Shown: in pieces, positions 36,891 to 49,400 of the stretch | How the letters are laid out: the number at the start of each line of letters is the position of its first letter | Position numbering within the stretch: position 1 is the stretch's first letter | Assembly (NCBI GenBank): GCA_944375815.1 | Contig: CALWBA010000107.1 | Span: 1,083-65,082 of the forward strand | From: an uncultured Lachnospiraceae bacterium | GTDB lineage: Bacteria > Bacillota > Clostridia > Lachnospirales > Lachnospiraceae | Direction of reading: 5' to 3' | DNA length: 64,000 nt | Position numbers and translations under genes: made by a program | The notes under the pieces: generated by a model | Seen by the model: only the letters and a program-made list of their open reading frames with translations | Told to the model about the DNA's origin: nothing | Database searches by the model: none

Positions 36891-38138
36891 CTACACATCT
36901 TCTTCATCCAGCTCCATATTTTCAAAGAAATCGAAAATTCCCTCATTCACCTTTAAGTCAGCCTCATTTGTATATACCTTTAATTGCAAGCTGCTCGTTC
37001 CTGAATACGTCTTGGTGCTGCTGTAAAAATACCATGAACGGTATGCCTCCTCTGCACTGAAGGTCATATCTACCTTCACGTCAAAGCCGGCACTTCCTTC
37101 TCCGCTCACATTCAGATCCATCTGGCGGATCGCCAGTTTCGTCACTCCGCGATTGCTGCTCCCGGCGAAATTCTCGACGAACTCCTCATATGCATCCTCT
37201 GCGCGGCTGCTTCCAATAGCGTCACTCGGAAAATACTGGCGGATTGTCTCAAACTCCTCCTGGCCGATTGCCGCTTCATAAACTGCATCAACTGCATCTA
37301 TCACGAAGTCAGAAATCTCTGCCCCTGTCGTCTCACTGAGTCTTAATTCCGGTAAAATCTGAAGAGGCTTTCCCTCCTCCGCCTTGTAGATCTCACGGTA
37401 GGAATCCTTTCCTTCCTGATCAAGCGCAATCGTGTGATATCCACAGAACAGATACGGTACGCGATAAATATCCACATTGTTGTCCGTTGCAACAAAGTAT
37501 TCTGAGGATAACTCGATACCGTCGAGCGTCAGCTTTGCCTGTGCCGGAATCTGGATCTCTACGTTTTCCATATACAGCCCATCCGGTATAATCTCCCACT
37601 GGCGAAAGAAAATTCCGGCAGGTTTTCCGCGCACAGCCTCCACCTGCGTACTCATCATCTCGCTGCTTCCCTTTACCCGGTAGTCAATCTGATAAAACCG
37701 AGAAATCTCATCCTTCTGTGCAAGCTTCACAGAAAATCCTATAATCTCCTGGGGTGCCTCACTATCCATACTCTGATAAGAATGTGCGTTTACAAAGCTC
37801 TGGCGCGACAGAAATTCCGAATCAGGAAATGCACAGGCATCGTAAACCTGGTTCCAGTCTCCGTCGGCATATGCGCCATAATATTCTCTGACCGCAGTCT
37901 TGGGGCTGTATATGTGACTTCCGCACACTGCATACAAAATCCAGAGCGCCGCAAATACCACAGCATTGCCGATGACCACCCAGTAAAACCTCGGCAGTCT
38001 TCCGCGAATCGTAATCCTCTGTTTCTTATCCTCCTCGTCAATGATCAGCTCTCTGTCTTCCAGGTCCTCATAAAATTCCTCTTCCCTGTCGTCTGCGCGG
38101 TTTAATTTTTCCAGGAGTTTTTTCCATTTTTCTTTCAT
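36891..38138 (-). CDS. Single-pass membrane protein of unknown function (415 aa)
   Basis: Acidic N-terminus, one TM helix (FYWVVIGNAVVFAALWILYAV) and a large extracytoplasmic domain. No recognisable motif. Confidence 0.7.
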   Translation of the reverse strand: MKEKWKKLLEKLNRADDREEEFYEDLEDRELIIDEEDKKQRITIRGRLPRFYWVVIGNAVVFAALWILYAVCGSHIYSPKTAVREYYGAYADGDWNQVYDACAFPDSEFLSRQSFVNAHSYQSMDSEAPQEIIGFSVKLAQKDEISRFYQIDYRVKGSSEMMSTQVEAVRGKPAGIFFRQWEIIPDGLYMENVEIQIPAQAKLTLDGIELSSEYFVATDNNVDIYRVPYLFCGYHTIALDQEGKDSYREIYKAEEGKPLQILPELRLSETTGAEISDFVIDAVDAVYEAAIGQEEFETIRQYFPSDAIGSSRAEDAYEEFVENFAGSSNRGVTKLAIRQMDLNVSGEGSAGFDVKVDMTFSAEEAYRSWYFYSSTKTYSGTSSLQLKVYTNEADLKVNEGIFDFFENMELDEEDV

Positions 38139-38144
38139 TCTATC

Positions 38145-38438
38145 TTACTCCTCCTCTTCATCCTCCGCATCCGGCACCACAAAAGAGTGGAGCGTCGTCT
38201 CGCTCTGCTGATAACTGCCATCCTCATCAATATAGTTCTCCATGGCAGCGTTAAAATTCTGTATGGTGGGCTTCACTGCATTCCCGCCTCCCCCGCTTCC
38301 CAGCAAAAGCAAGAAGAGCAATGCGGCGGCAGAAATCCCGTTGCACATAAGAAGGATACAGGTGATAAGAATCTTTCTTCCCCTGCTGCGCTCCTCCATT
38401 TCTTCTAAATTTCTATTTTCTTCCATCTTTACCTCCAA
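38145..38438 (-). CDS. Small single-pass membrane protein with acidic termini
   Basis: 97 aa with TM helix ILITCILLMCNGISAAALLFLLLL. 6-nt gap to the downstream gene. Function unknown. Confidence 0.55.
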   Translation of the reverse strand: MEVKMEENRNLEEMEERSRGRKILITCILLMCNGISAAALLFLLLLGSGGGGNAVKPTIQNFNAAMENYIDEDGSYQQSETTLHSFVVPDAEDEEEE

Positions 38439-38527
38439 ATATCAGAAAACGATGGTCTGACTCACAATATTTTTCTCTATCATACCAACATCCCTGATCT
38501 TTGTAAAGTGGTAAACGATTTCTGAAA

Positions 38528-40336
38528 TTATGCAAACTGACTGTTATAAAGCTCAGCATATGCGCCATCCGCATGTAGCAGTTCCCGGTGACTTCCCTGT
38601 TCGATAATCGTTCCATTCTGCATGACTAAAATCAGGTCTGCATCCACAATTGTTGACAGCCGATGTGCAATCACGAAGCTTGTTCTGCCTTTCATCAGTG
38701 CCTTCATCGCTTTTCCTATCTCCATCTCTGTTCGGGTATCCACAGACGATGTCGCCTCATCCAGAATAAGGATTTCAGGATCACAGAGAAATACGCGCGC
38801 AATTGTAAGAAGCTGACGCTGTCCGATGGAAATATTCTCCGCATCGCTGCCAAGCATTGTGTCATAACCATGGGGAAGCGTGCGAATAAAGAAGTCTGCA
38901 CGTGCTGCTTTTGCGGCCGCAATAATCTGCTCACGAGTGGCATCCGGTTTTCCGTAGGCAATATTTTCTGCAATTGTCCCCTCAAACAGCCATGCATCCT
39001 GCAGCACCATGCCGAAACAGCTGCGCAGCTGTGCACGCGCCATATCAGATGTATTTCTGCCGTCCAGCAATATGCTGCCGCCACTTACTTCATAAAAGCG
39101 CATCAGGAGGTTCACAAGTGTAGTCTTACCGGCACCGGTACTTCCCACGATCGCTATCTTCTGTCCCGGTTTAGCTGTAAAGGATACGTCGCTCATCAGT
39201 ATCTTGTCCGGCACATATCCGAACTGCACATGTGAAAACGTGATGCTTCCCTCAATTTCATCGGGCAGAGACGAGCGCTGTACATCCGGCGTCATCTCTT
39301 CCTCATCCAGAAGGGTATACACTCTTTCCACAGATGCCAGCGCTGACTGCATCGCATTAATCATATAGGACAGTTCCGTGATGGGTTCACCTGCCTGATT
39401 TGCATACTGGAAAAATGCCTGAAATATACCCGGACTGATTTTGCCGCTGATCAGCATACTTCCTCCAAGAACAGCGATGGATACCAGACCGCAGCGATTA
39501 ACCATACGAATACCGGGGTTTACAGCATTGATCAGAAAGTCCGTTTTTTCAGAGGCGCGTGCCAGCTCTTCTGCGGCATGCCAGATACGCTGAGAGCTTT
39601 GCTTTTCATAATTAAATGCCTGAATGACCGTTCTTCCGCTGTATGCCTCCTCTACCAGGCCGTTCAGTTTGCCTAACGCGTTCTGTCTTCTCGATGCGCA
39701 TCGAAGCGTACGCCTTGATACCACCTGCGTCAGAAGAAGTGAAACACCTGCAAATCCAAGGAAAACCACTGTCAGTAAAACACTGAAGCGCAGCATCATG
39801 ATAATAGAACCCGCAACAACTCCTACTGCCACAAACAGCCGGATCATTCCCGTCTGCAGTGCCTCGGACATCTTGTCCAGATCGTTTGTTATACAGCTCA
39901 TAATGATTCCCGGCTGATGGCGGTCATAAAAGGAAAGCGGCAGCCGATGCAGTTTTTCGCTCACCTCACTGCGAAGCTGCAGACTCAGCCGCTCCGCAAA
40001 ACTTGCCATCAGAAAATTCTGGAGTGTATAAAATCCGCTCGCGGCAGCATAGAGCAAAAGCAGGAATACTATCTGCTTTCCTCCATCTTCCCATGTAATC
40101 GCGAAGTTTTGTCCCGTTTCCCGAAGTTTCCGGATTCTGTTCCAGATAAGATCAACTGCGGAAGCGCTGTACAGCGGAGCCAATATGTTGAAAGTCGTAT
40201 ACGCTGCCACAGAAAAGATTACAATCACCAGCCGCACGCGCTGTTTTCCCATCGATCGAAGAAAACGCCGCAGAGTCTTTCCGGCTTCTTTTGCTGCAAT
40301 AACATCTTCCTCAAGATAATCCTGTTCTTTCTCCAT
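38528..40336 (-). CDS. ABC exporter, fused permease-ATPase (type I exporter half-transporter)
   Basis: Six-TM domain plus Walker A GSTGAGKTT, signature ISIGQRQ, Walker B ILILDEA. Start at MEKEQDY after AAAGGAGG. Confidence 0.9.
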   Translation of the reverse strand: MEKEQDYLEEDVIAAKEAGKTLRRFLRSMGKQRVRLVIVIFSVAAYTTFNILAPLYSASAVDLIWNRIRKLRETGQNFAITWEDGGKQIVFLLLLYAAASGFYTLQNFLMASFAERLSLQLRSEVSEKLHRLPLSFYDRHQPGIIMSCITNDLDKMSEALQTGMIRLFVAVGVVAGSIIMMLRFSVLLTVVFLGFAGVSLLLTQVVSRRTLRCASRRQNALGKLNGLVEEAYSGRTVIQAFNYEKQSSQRIWHAAEELARASEKTDFLINAVNPGIRMVNRCGLVSIAVLGGSMLISGKISPGIFQAFFQYANQAGEPITELSYMINAMQSALASVERVYTLLDEEEMTPDVQRSSLPDEIEGSITFSHVQFGYVPDKILMSDVSFTAKPGQKIAIVGSTGAGKTTLVNLLMRFYEVSGGSILLDGRNTSDMARAQLRSCFGMVLQDAWLFEGTIAENIAYGKPDATREQIIAAAKAARADFFIRTLPHGYDTMLGSDAENISIGQRQLLTIARVFLCDPEILILDEATSSVDTRTEMEIGKAMKALMKGRTSFVIAHRLSTIVDADLILVMQNGTIIEQGSHRELLHADGAYAELYNSQFA

Positions 40337-42056
40337 TCTGTCCGCCTCCTTTCGCCTGAGAATCTGCAATATCTCTGTAAACATCGCATGTCCGCATCAG
40401 ATCCTCATGTTTTCCCATGCCCACAATTTTCCCGTCATCCAGCACCAGAATCTGATCAGCATGCAGTATCGTGCTGATTCTCTGTGCTATAATCAGAACT
40501 GCGCAGTCCTTCGTCTCCTCTGCAAGCGCCCGGCGCAGAGCGGCATCCGTTTTAAAATCCAGAGCGGAAAAACTGTCGTCAAATACAAAAAGATCCGCCT
40601 TTCTGGCAAGTGCGCGGGCAATCGAGATTCTCTGCCGCTGACCGCCGGAAAAGTTCGTACCGCCCTGTGCCACGTATGCGCGGATTCCGCCCGGCATTCG
40701 CCGCACAAAATCTGCCTGTGCAATATCAAGTGCATGATAAAGCTCTTCCACCGATGCATCCGGACTTCCATATCTGAGATTTTCCTCAATGGTTCCTGAA
40801 AACAGCCATGCCTTCTGAGGCACATATGCAATATGACTGCGGAGTTCCTGCTGCGAAATCCCGCGGATATCTCTGCCGAACAGCTTTATTTGTCCATCCG
40901 TTACGTCGTGATACCGCATCAGAAGTTTGGCTATTGTGGATTTTCCGCTTCCTGTTCCTCCTATCACAGCAGTGGTCTCTCCTCTTCTGCAGCGGAATGA
41001 CACATCTGACAGCGTATTCTCATCCGCATCTGCAAAACAAAAAGAAACCTTGTCAAATTGTATGACCTCATCGCCGCCTTCATCCTCTGCAGCCCCTGCT
41101 GCGTCCGTAATTTCCGGTTCATGTGTCAGCACCTCTGAGATTCGCCGCACACAAGTCATAGCACGGGGAACCAGCAGAATCACCATCTGCGCCATCATGA
41201 CATAGAACAGAACCCATATGGCATATTCCGTCACTGCTGTAATGTCGCCGATCTCCATCTCGCCTGTACCGACTCTGCTTCCTCCAAAATATAAAACCGC
41301 TACTATGCAGATATTGATGGATGCGGTTGCAATACAGTCCAGCCCCGCAAAAAGCCGGTTTGCACGGATTGCTGATTCCGCATAATCCTCAAAGGTATTT
41401 CTCATCCGCCCCGTCTCATGCCGTTCCTTATGAAATGCGCGGATAACCCGGACACCTGTAAGATTTTCCCGGAGAACTACATTCATTCTGTCCAGAAATC
41501 CCTGCAGTTTTTCAAATACGGGAGCGGCTCTGCGTATGATGACCATAGCTGCAAGCAGTACAAAAAGCGTCCCTCCCAGAAGCAGCCATCCCATATCCCT
41601 GTTAATACGGAACGCAAACAGAATTCCCATCACGCACATGACCGGCACGGGAAGTACCATCTGCACAATGTTTATCATCGACTGCTGAATAATATTGATG
41701 TCATTCAGCGTTCTGGTAATCATGGACGCTGTGCCGAACCTTTCAAAATCAGATGCCGAAAACAGCAGGGATTTATCATAAACCGCCGTACGCAGATCGC
41801 GCCCTATGTCCGCAGAAATCTTCGCGCACAGCCATCCCCCTACCAGCGTCAGGCTTCCGGAAAAAAGTGCAACTGCCAGCATGACCGCCCCCTGCCGTAC
41901 AATCCGGCCCACACTGGATCCGCCGACTGCCAGGTTAATCATATTTGCCGTGATTGTAGGAATAAGCAGAGAACCTCCTACATCGGCAAAGACAATTAAA
42001 ATCACAAGGGCAAACTGCCCCCGGTATGGTTTTAAAAATGGTAGCAATGTTCTCAT
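40311..42056 (-). CDS. ABC exporter, fused permease-ATPase (partner half-transporter)
   Basis: Walker A GGTGSGKST, signature FSGGQRQR, Walker B LFVFDDS. Overlaps its partner gene. Confidence 0.9.
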   Translation of the reverse strand: MRTLLPFLKPYRGQFALVILIVFADVGGSLLIPTITANMINLAVGGSSVGRIVRQGAVMLAVALFSGSLTLVGGWLCAKISADIGRDLRTAVYDKSLLFSASDFERFGTASMITRTLNDINIIQQSMINIVQMVLPVPVMCVMGILFAFRINRDMGWLLLGGTLFVLLAAMVIIRRAAPVFEKLQGFLDRMNVVLRENLTGVRVIRAFHKERHETGRMRNTFEDYAESAIRANRLFAGLDCIATASINICIVAVLYFGGSRVGTGEMEIGDITAVTEYAIWVLFYVMMAQMVILLVPRAMTCVRRISEVLTHEPEITDAAGAAEDEGGDEVIQFDKVSFCFADADENTLSDVSFRCRRGETTAVIGGTGSGKSTIAKLLMRYHDVTDGQIKLFGRDIRGISQQELRSHIAYVPQKAWLFSGTIEENLRYGSPDASVEELYHALDIAQADFVRRMPGGIRAYVAQGGTNFSGGQRQRISIARALARKADLFVFDDSFSALDFKTDAALRRALAEETKDCAVLIIAQRISTILHADQILVLDDGKIVGMGKHEDLMRTCDVYRDIADSQAKGGGQNGERTGLS

Positions 42057-42074
42057 AACCGCACTGTTTCTGTC

Positions 42075-42527
42075 CTACTCCTTTATAAGTCTTTGAATCT
42101 CATCTTTAAAATATGCGCCCTGCTTCTGCTCCAGCTGAACGAGGAGTTCCCGTTCTTCCTCCGTCAGACGCAGCAAAGAATGTTCCTCCGCATCTGTCAG
42201 CGGCGCGATAACTCTCTGACAGAATTCACTGCCTTCATCGGTCAGTCTCACTGCCTTGCTGTTTCGCGCCATCCCCAGCTTTTCCAGTTTAACATACCCT
42301 TTCTTCACCAGACCGGAAATTGCAAAATTGATGGTCTGCTTCGGATAGCACCACATGACAGCGAGTTCATTCTGTGTAACGATTTCGTCTGCATCATACA
42401 GCGTATAGAGAACGCAGAGTGCAGGGTCTGATAAACCGCAGTAGGCAGCATACACGTGATACTGTTCGTTCAGTTTCTTCGCATTCTGAATCAGCATAAT
42501 GTTTTGTTCTTTTACTCTCGTATGCAT
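42075..42527 (-). CDS. MarR-family transcriptional regulator
   Basis: wHTH pattern (VTQNELAVMWCYPKQTINFAISGLVKKGYVKLE). Lies upstream of the ABC exporter pair. Confidence 0.8.
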   Translation of the reverse strand: MHTRVKEQNIMLIQNAKKLNEQYHVYAAYCGLSDPALCVLYTLYDADEIVTQNELAVMWCYPKQTINFAISGLVKKGYVKLEKLGMARNSKAVRLTDEGSEFCQRVIAPLTDAEEHSLLRLTEEERELLVQLEQKQGAYFKDEIQRLIKE

Positions 42528-42693
42528 CTTATCCCTCCATACATTTTTAAATCCAATATTGGATTTTTATAGTATAAGTCCGATATTGGATTTTGTCAAC
42601 CTTAGATTTTCTTCAGAACTGCAAAAAAGCCCTGTGCAAATGGTTTTATTTCCATTTGCACAGGGCTTTGATTCTATAATTATATACGAAAGA

Positions 42694-45600
42694 TTACTCT
42701 TCTGTCAGAGTGAGCTCTTCATCGTCGACATCAATCTCTGTCTCCTCAGGAAGTTCCTCCAGGATTTCCTCATCTGCGATATTCTCCACAGTTTCGGTCT
42801 CCTCTTTCTTCTCTTCCTCAGCTTCACCCTTCTTCTTCATTTCTTCTTCCATTGCAGCCATTACATCCGTATCCAGTTTTACATTGCTGTAGCACTTCAT
42901 ACCTGTACCTGCCGGAATCAGCTTACCGATAATTACGTTCTCCTTCAGACCGATCAGCGGGTCAACCTTGCCCTTGATTGCTGCCTCAGTCAGTACTTTT
43001 GTAGTCTCCTGGAAGGATGCTGCAGAAAGGAAGGAATTGGTGGCAAGGGATGCCTTTGTGATACCAAGCATTACCTGCTTGCCCTCTGCCGGCTCTTTGC
43101 CCTCTGCTTCCATCTTCTCATTTACTTCCTCGAAATCCAGAACATCTACGAGTGTACCCGGAAGGAAATCAGTGTCTCCGTTATTCTCAACACGGATTTT
43201 CTTAAGCATCTGGTGAACAATAACCTCGATATGCTTATCGTTAATATCAACACCCTGCAGACGGTATACACGCTGTACCTCACGGATCATGTAATCCTGT
43301 ACTGCACGCAGACCTTTGATCTTCAGGATATCATGCGGGTTCACGCTACCTTCTGTCAGCTCATCTCCTGCCTCCAGATATGTGCCGTCCGTAATCTTGA
43401 TTCTGGAACCGTAAGGAATCAGGTATGTCTTGGATACACCTTCCTCGTTGTCTGTCACGATGATCTCGCGCTTCTTCTTGGTATCCTTGATTGTAGCAAC
43501 ACCCTTAATTTCTGTGATGATTGCAAGTCCCTTCGGCTTTCTTGCCTCAAAAAGCTCCTCGACACGCGGAAGACCCTGTGTGATATCGCCGCCGGCAACA
43601 CCTCCGGTATGGAAAGTACGCATGGTAAGCTGTGTACCAGGCTCACCGATAGACTGTGCTGCAATAATACCGATAGCCTCACCAACCTGTACGCTCTCGC
43701 CTGTTGCCATGTTAGCTCCATAACATTTCGCACAGATACCAATCTTGGACTTACATGTCAGAATCGTACGGATCTTGATCTTATCAAACGGCTTTCCGTT
43801 CTCGTCCACGCCCTCGCTCATAATACGCGCTGCGCGCTTCGGAGTAATCATATGGTTTGCTTTTACAATAACGTTTCCATCTTTGTCCTTGATGGTATAG
43901 CAGGAGAAACGGCCTGTGATACGCTCCTGAAGGCTCTCGATCTCCTCTTTTCCTTCCATGAATGCTTTGACCCACATTCCCGGAATTTCGTCTCTTCCCT
44001 CAGAACAATCTGTCTCGCGTACGATCAGATCCTGAGATACGTCTACAAGACGTCTGGTAAGGTAACCGGAGTCCGCTGTACGAAGCGCCGTATCGGACAG
44101 ACCCTTGCGGGCTCCGTGTGCGGACATGAAGTATTCCAGTACGTCCAGACCCTCACGGAAGTTGGACTTGATCGGGAGCTCGATCGTGTGTCCCGTCGTA
44201 TCCGCCATCAATCCACGCATACCGGCAAGCTGTTTGATCTGCTTATCGGAACCGCGGGCTCCGGAGTCTGCCATCATGAAGATGTTATTATATTTATCCA
44301 GACCGGTCAGCAGCGCTTTTGTCAGAGCATCGTCAGTCTGCTTCCAGGTCTCAACAACCTCTTTATATCTCTCTTCCTCAGTGATAAGACCGCGCTTAAA
44401 GTTCTTGGTGATTCTGTCAACAGTATCCTGTGCTTCCTGAATCATCTGCGGTTTCTGAGGCGGCACAGTCATATCAGAAATAGATACGGTCATAGCCGCT
44501 CTGGTAGAGTACTTATATCCTGTGGACTTGATATCATCCAGTACTTCTGCTGTTTTAGTAGCTCCCTGAGTATTGATAACTTTCTCCAGGATCTGCTTTA
44601 ACTGCTTCTTGCCGACATGGAAATCCACCTCCAGCAGCAGTTCATTGCCCGGAACAGAACGATCTACAAAGCCCAGATCCTGCGGCAGAATCTCATTAAA
44701 CAGGTATCGTCCCAGAGTAGAGCTTACATTTCCGGTAATCTCACTTCCATCCGGCATGGTCTTTGTGCAGCGCACGATTATTTTGGTCTGCAGCTTGATA
44801 TAACCGTTCTCATATGCCAGAATGGCCTCGTTTACGCTCTTGAAGAAGCTTCCTTCGCCCTTCTCTCCCGGTCTTTCCTGAGTCAGATAGTAGATACCCA
44901 GGACCATATCCTGTGACGGAACCGCCACCGGACCGCCGTCAGACGGCTTTAACAGGTTGTTCGGAGAAAGCAGCAGGAAACGGCACTCTGCCTGCGCTTC
45001 TACAGACAGCGGCAGATGGACAGCCATCTGGTCTCCGTCGAAGTCGGCGTTGAACGCGGTACAAACGAGCGGATGCAGTTTGATAGCTTTACCCTCTACG
45101 AGGATCGGCTCCAATGCCTGGATACCAAGTCTGTGCAGTGTAGGAGCACGGTTAAGCATAACCGGATGCTCTTTAATTACATCCTCAAGTACGTCCCAGA
45201 CCTCAGTCTGCAGCTTTTCTACCATCTTTTTGGCATTCTTGATGTTGTGAGCGGTTCCGTTGGATACCAGCTCTTTCATAACGAATGGCTTGAAGAGCTC
45301 AATCGCCATCTCCTTCGGAAGACCGCACTGATAAATCTTCAGTTCCGGTCCAACGACGATAACGGAACGTCCGGAGTAGTCAACACGCTTACCTAAGAGG
45401 TTCTGACGGAAACGTCCGGATTTACCTTTTAACATATCAGACAGAGACTTAAGTGCTCTGTTGCCCGGTCCTGTAACCGGTCTGCCGCGGCGGCCGTTGT
45501 CAATCAGGGCATCCACAGCCTCCTGAAGCATACGTTTCTCGTTGCGCACAATGATATCCGGTGCGCCCAGCTCCAGCAGTCTTCTCAGACGATTGTTTCT

Positions 45601-46416
45601 GTTGATGATTCTTCTGTACAGATCGTTAAGGTCAGACGTAGCAAAACGTCCTCCGTCGAGCTGTACCATCGGACGCAGATCCGGCGGAATTACCGGAATC
45701 ACGTCCATGATCATCCACTCCGGACGGTTGCCGGATTCACGGAATGCTTCCACAACCTCCAGACGTTTGATGATTCTGGCCCGCTTCTGACCGGTGGAAT
45801 CCTTGAGCCCTGCTTTGAGCTCTTTGGCTTCCTTCTCCAGGTCAATTGCCTGCAGAAGCTCTTTAATGGCCTCTGCACCCATGCCCACGCGGAAATCGTG
45901 TGCCGGGTTATTTTCCATAGCCTCCTGGAACTCCCTCTCGGTCAGCACCTGCTTGTACTGTAAGTTAGAGGTTCCCGCATCCAGAACGATATAGTTTGCA
46001 AAATATAACACTTTCTCCAGAGTTCTCGGAGACAGATCGAGAATCAGTCCCATACGGGACGGAATTCCCTTGAAATACCAGATATGGGATACCGGAGCAG
46101 CAAGCTCGATGTGTCCCATGCGCTCTCTTCTGACGCTGGACTTGGTGACTTCTACGCCGCATCGGTCGCAGACAACACCTTTATAGCGGATTTTCTTATA
46201 TTTACCGCAATGACATTCCCAGTCTTTGCTGGGTCCGAAGATACGCTCGCAGAACAGGCCGTCTTTCTCAGGCTTAAGTGTTCTGTAGTTGATGGTCTCG
46301 GGTTTTTTAACCTCACCGCGGGACCACTCACGGATCTTCTCCGGAGATGCCAGACCAATTTTGATCGCATCAAAAGTCATTGGCTGATATACTTCTTTAT
46401 TAGTTGTTTCCGGCAT
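42694..46416 (-). CDS. rpoC: DNA-directed RNA polymerase subunit beta'
   Basis: Catalytic NADFDGDQM and Zn motifs CHCGKYK...CDRCGVEV. Start at [12 protein letters not shown] after AAAGGGG. Acidic C-terminal tail. Confidence 0.98.
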   Translation of the reverse strand: MPETTNKEVYQPMTFDAIKIGLASPEKIREWSRGEVKKPETINYRTLKPEKDGLFCERIFGPSKDWECHCGKYKKIRYKGVVCDRCGVEVTKSSVRRERMGHIELAAPVSHIWYFKGIPSRMGLILDLSPRTLEKVLYFANYIVLDAGTSNLQYKQVLTEREFQEAMENNPAHDFRVGMGAEAIKELLQAIDLEKEAKELKAGLKDSTGQKRARIIKRLEVVEAFRESGNRPEWMIMDVIPVIPPDLRPMVQLDGGRFATSDLNDLYRRIINRNNRLRRLLELGAPDIIVRNEKRMLQEAVDALIDNGRRGRPVTGPGNRALKSLSDMLKGKSGRFRQNLLGKRVDYSGRSVIVVGPELKIYQCGLPKEMAIELFKPFVMKELVSNGTAHNIKNAKKMVEKLQTEVWDVLEDVIKEHPVMLNRAPTLHRLGIQALEPILVEGKAIKLHPLVCTAFNADFDGDQMAVHLPLSVEAQAECRFLLLSPNNLLKPSDGGPVAVPSQDMVLGIYYLTQERPGEKGEGSFFKSVNEAILAYENGYIKLQTKIIVRCTKTMPDGSEITGNVSSTLGRYLFNEILPQDLGFVDRSVPGNELLLEVDFHVGKKQLKQILEKVINTQGATKTAEVLDDIKSTGYKYSTRAAMTVSISDMTVPPQKPQMIQEAQDTVDRITKNFKRGLITEEERYKEVVETWKQTDDALTKALLTGLDKYNNIFMMADSGARGSDKQIKQLAGMRGLMADTTGHTIELPIKSNFREGLDVLEYFMSAHGARKGLSDTALRTADSGYLTRRLVDVSQDLIVRETDCSEGRDEIPGMWVKAFMEGKEEIESLQERITGRFSCYTIKDKDGNVIVKANHMITPKRAARIMSEGVDENGKPFDKIKIRTILTCKSKIGICAKCYGANMATGESVQVGEAIGIIAAQSIGEPGTQLTMRTFHTGGVAGGDITQGLPRVEELFEARKPKGLAIITEIKGVATIKDTKKKREIIVTDNEEGVSKTYLIPYGSRIKITDGTYLEAGDELTEGSVNPHDILKIKGLRAVQDYMIREVQRVYRLQGVDINDKHIEVIVHQMLKKIRVENNGDTDFLPGTLVDVLDFEEVNEKMEAEGKEPAEGKQVMLGITKASLATNSFLSAASFQETTKVLTEAAIKGKVDPLIGLKENVIIGKLIPAGTGMKCYSNVKLDTDVMAAMEEEMKKKGEAEEEKKEETETVENIADEEILEELPEETEIDVDDEELTLTEE

Positions 46417-46467
46417 TTGATTACCCCTTTCTTTACTTACGCCCGGCAACACGGGCTTGTACAAGGA

Positions 46468-49400
46468 TTACTCTTCCTCAAGAATTTCTTCTGCCAAAGC
46501 CGAGAAATCGTCAGGCTCTGCTTCTTCCTCTACGTCCACAAGCTCTTCTCCCTCAAACTCCTGTTTGGAGAAGCCGTAATCACCGTAGGACTCTTCATCG
46601 CGGTTATAATTTCTGTCACCTTCGATGATAGCATGCAGATCTGTCTCGCCGTAATCAATAGTCTCCATAATTTCAACTTCTGTCTGATCCTCACGCAGAA
46701 CCTTGACATCCAGTCCAAGGGACTGCAGCTCCTTTAAGAGTACCTTAAAGGACTCCGGAATACCAGACTCAGGGATGTTGTCTCCCTTGATAATTGCCTC
46801 GTAGGTCTTCACACGTCCGATAACGTCGTCAGACTTCACGGTCATGATCTCCTGCAGAGTGTAGGATGCGCCGTAAGCCTCGAGTGCCCAAACCTCCATC
46901 TCTCCGAAACGCTGTCCGCCGAACTGAGCTTTACCGCCCAGAGGCTGCTGTGTTACAAGAGAGTAAGGTCCGGTAGAACGCGCATGAATCTTATCGTCTA
47001 CCAGGTGATGCAGCTTCAGATAATGCATGTGACCGATGGTTACCGGGCTGTCGAAAAACTCTCCGGTACGTCCGTCACGCAGTCTTACCTTACCGTCTCT
47101 GGAAATCGGAACGCCTTTCCACAGTTCTCTGTGATCTTTGTTCTTCTCCAGATAGTCAAATACGCGTGCATCCAGAATATCTTCATATTTTGCTGCGAAA
47201 TCTTCCCAGCTTAAATTTACATAATCATTTGCCAGCTCCAGGGTATCCTGAATATCATTCTCGTTTGCTCCGTCGAATACCGGAGTAGCGATATTAAATC
47301 CAAGTGCTTTTGCCGCAAGACTTAAGTGAATCTCCAGGACCTGACCGATATTCATACGTGACGGCACGCCCAGAGGATTCAGTACGATATCCAGCGGACG
47401 TCCGTTCGGCAGGAACGGCATATCCTCTACCGGAAGTACACGGGAAACAACACCCTTGTTTCCGTGACGGCCGGCCATCTTATCGCCCACGGAAATCTTT
47501 CTCTTCTGTGCGATATAGATTCTTACCGCCTGGTTTACACCCGGAGACAGCTCATCGCCGTTCTCTCTGGTAAATACTTTCGCATCTACTACGATACCAT
47601 ATTCACCATGCGGTACTTTCAGAGATGTATCACGCACCTCTCTGGCCTTCTCGCCAAAGATTGCACGCAGCAGTCTCTCCTCTGCGGTCAGCTCTGTCTC
47701 TCCCTTCGGAGTTACCTTGCCGACCAGAATATCCCCGGCACGTACCTCAGCGCCGATGCGGATAATTCCGCGCTCGTCCAGATCCTTTAATGCATCGTCA
47801 CCTACACCCGGAACATCCTTTGTGATCTCTTCCGGTCCAAGCTTTGTATCTCTGGACTCTACCTCATACTCCTCAATATGAACAGAGGTATAAACATCAT
47901 CCATAACCAGGCGCTCGCTTAACAGAACAGCATCCTCGTAGTTGTATCCCTCCCAGGTCATGAATCCGATCAGCGGGTTCTTTCCGAGAGCCAGCTCACC
48001 ATTATAGGTGGAAGGACCATCTGCAATTACCTGTCCGGCCTCTACATGCTCTCCCTTGAACACGATCGGTCTCTGATTGTAGCAGTTGCTCTGGTTACTT
48101 CTCATAAATTTTGTCAGATGATATACATCTTTTGTGCCGTCATCATTCGTCATCGCGATCTCTTTTGAAGTAGACCGTGTGATCGTACCTGATTTCTTAG
48201 CAACAACGCAGACACCGGAGTCCACGGCTGCTTTTACTTCCATACCTGTACCAACGACAGGAGCCTCTGTTGTCAGAAGCGGCACTGCCTGACGCTGCAT
48301 GTTGGATCCCATCAGCGCACGGTTCGCGTCGTCGTTCTGAAGGAACGGAATCAGCGCGGTAGCGACAGAGAATACCATCTTCGGGGATACGTCCATATAG
48401 TCAAACATATGGCGCTCGTATTCCTGTGTCTCCTCACGGTAACGACCGGATACATTCTTGTGAATGAAATGTCCCTCTTCATCCAGCGGCTCGTTCGCCT
48501 GTGCTACATGGTAATTATCCTCTTCATCCGCTGTCATGTATACTACCTCATCTGTGACACGCGGGTTCTTCGGATCTGAATGGTCGATCTTACGGTACGG
48601 AGCCTCTACAAAACCGTACTGATTAATTCTTGCATACGATGCGAGGGAGTTGATCAGTCCGATGTTAGGACCCTCAGGGGTCTCAATCGGGCACATTCTT
48701 CCGTAGTGGGAATAATGTACGTCTCGTACCTCAAATCCGGCTCTGTCTCGGGACAGACCGCCCGGACCCAGGGCGGAAAGACGTCTCTTATGTGTCAGCT
48801 CGCCCAGCGGGTTATTCTGATCCATAAACTGGGACAGCTGGGAAGAACCGAAGAACTCCTTCACAGCAGCCGTCACCGGCTTAATGTTGATTAAGGACTG
48901 CGGTGAGATACCGTCAATGTCCTGTGTGGTCATGCGCTCACGCACAACTCTCTCCAGTCTGGATAAACCAATGCGGTACTGGTTCTGCAGAAGTTCTCCG
49001 ACTGCACGGATACGACGATTGCCCAGATGGTCAATATCATCATCATTGCCCAGTCCGTATTCCAGATGAATGTTATAGTTAATAGAAGCTAAAATATCTT
49101 CCTTTGTAATGTGCTTCGGAATCAGCTCGTGGATATCGCGTTTCACTGCGGCCTTGATGTCTTCGATATCCTGATTCTCCTCAAGGATTTTTGCCAGAGC
49201 CGGATAGTAAACCTCTTCGGTCACGCCCAGCGCTTTCTTCTCTTCCTCATCTATGTCAATAAAGCTTGCCAGATCTACCATGAGGTTAGACAGCACCTTT
49301 ACGTTGCGTTCCTCTGTCTGGATCCAGACAAACGGTACGGCAGCGTACTGGATCTGCTGCGCCATTTCCTTGGTAAGCTTTGTGCCTGCTTCTGCCAGAA

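Noticed and set aside
42499-44601. A 700-aa + strand ORF, the longest non-annotated ORF in the window.
   Set aside because: It is entirely antisense to rpoC. The translation is low-complexity and Leu/Cys/Ser-rich with no motifs and no SD. This is the typical shadow ORF of a highly biased gene. The same reasoning applies to the other antisense ORFs within rpoB, fusA, tuf, treC, treP, ohyA and the ABC genes.
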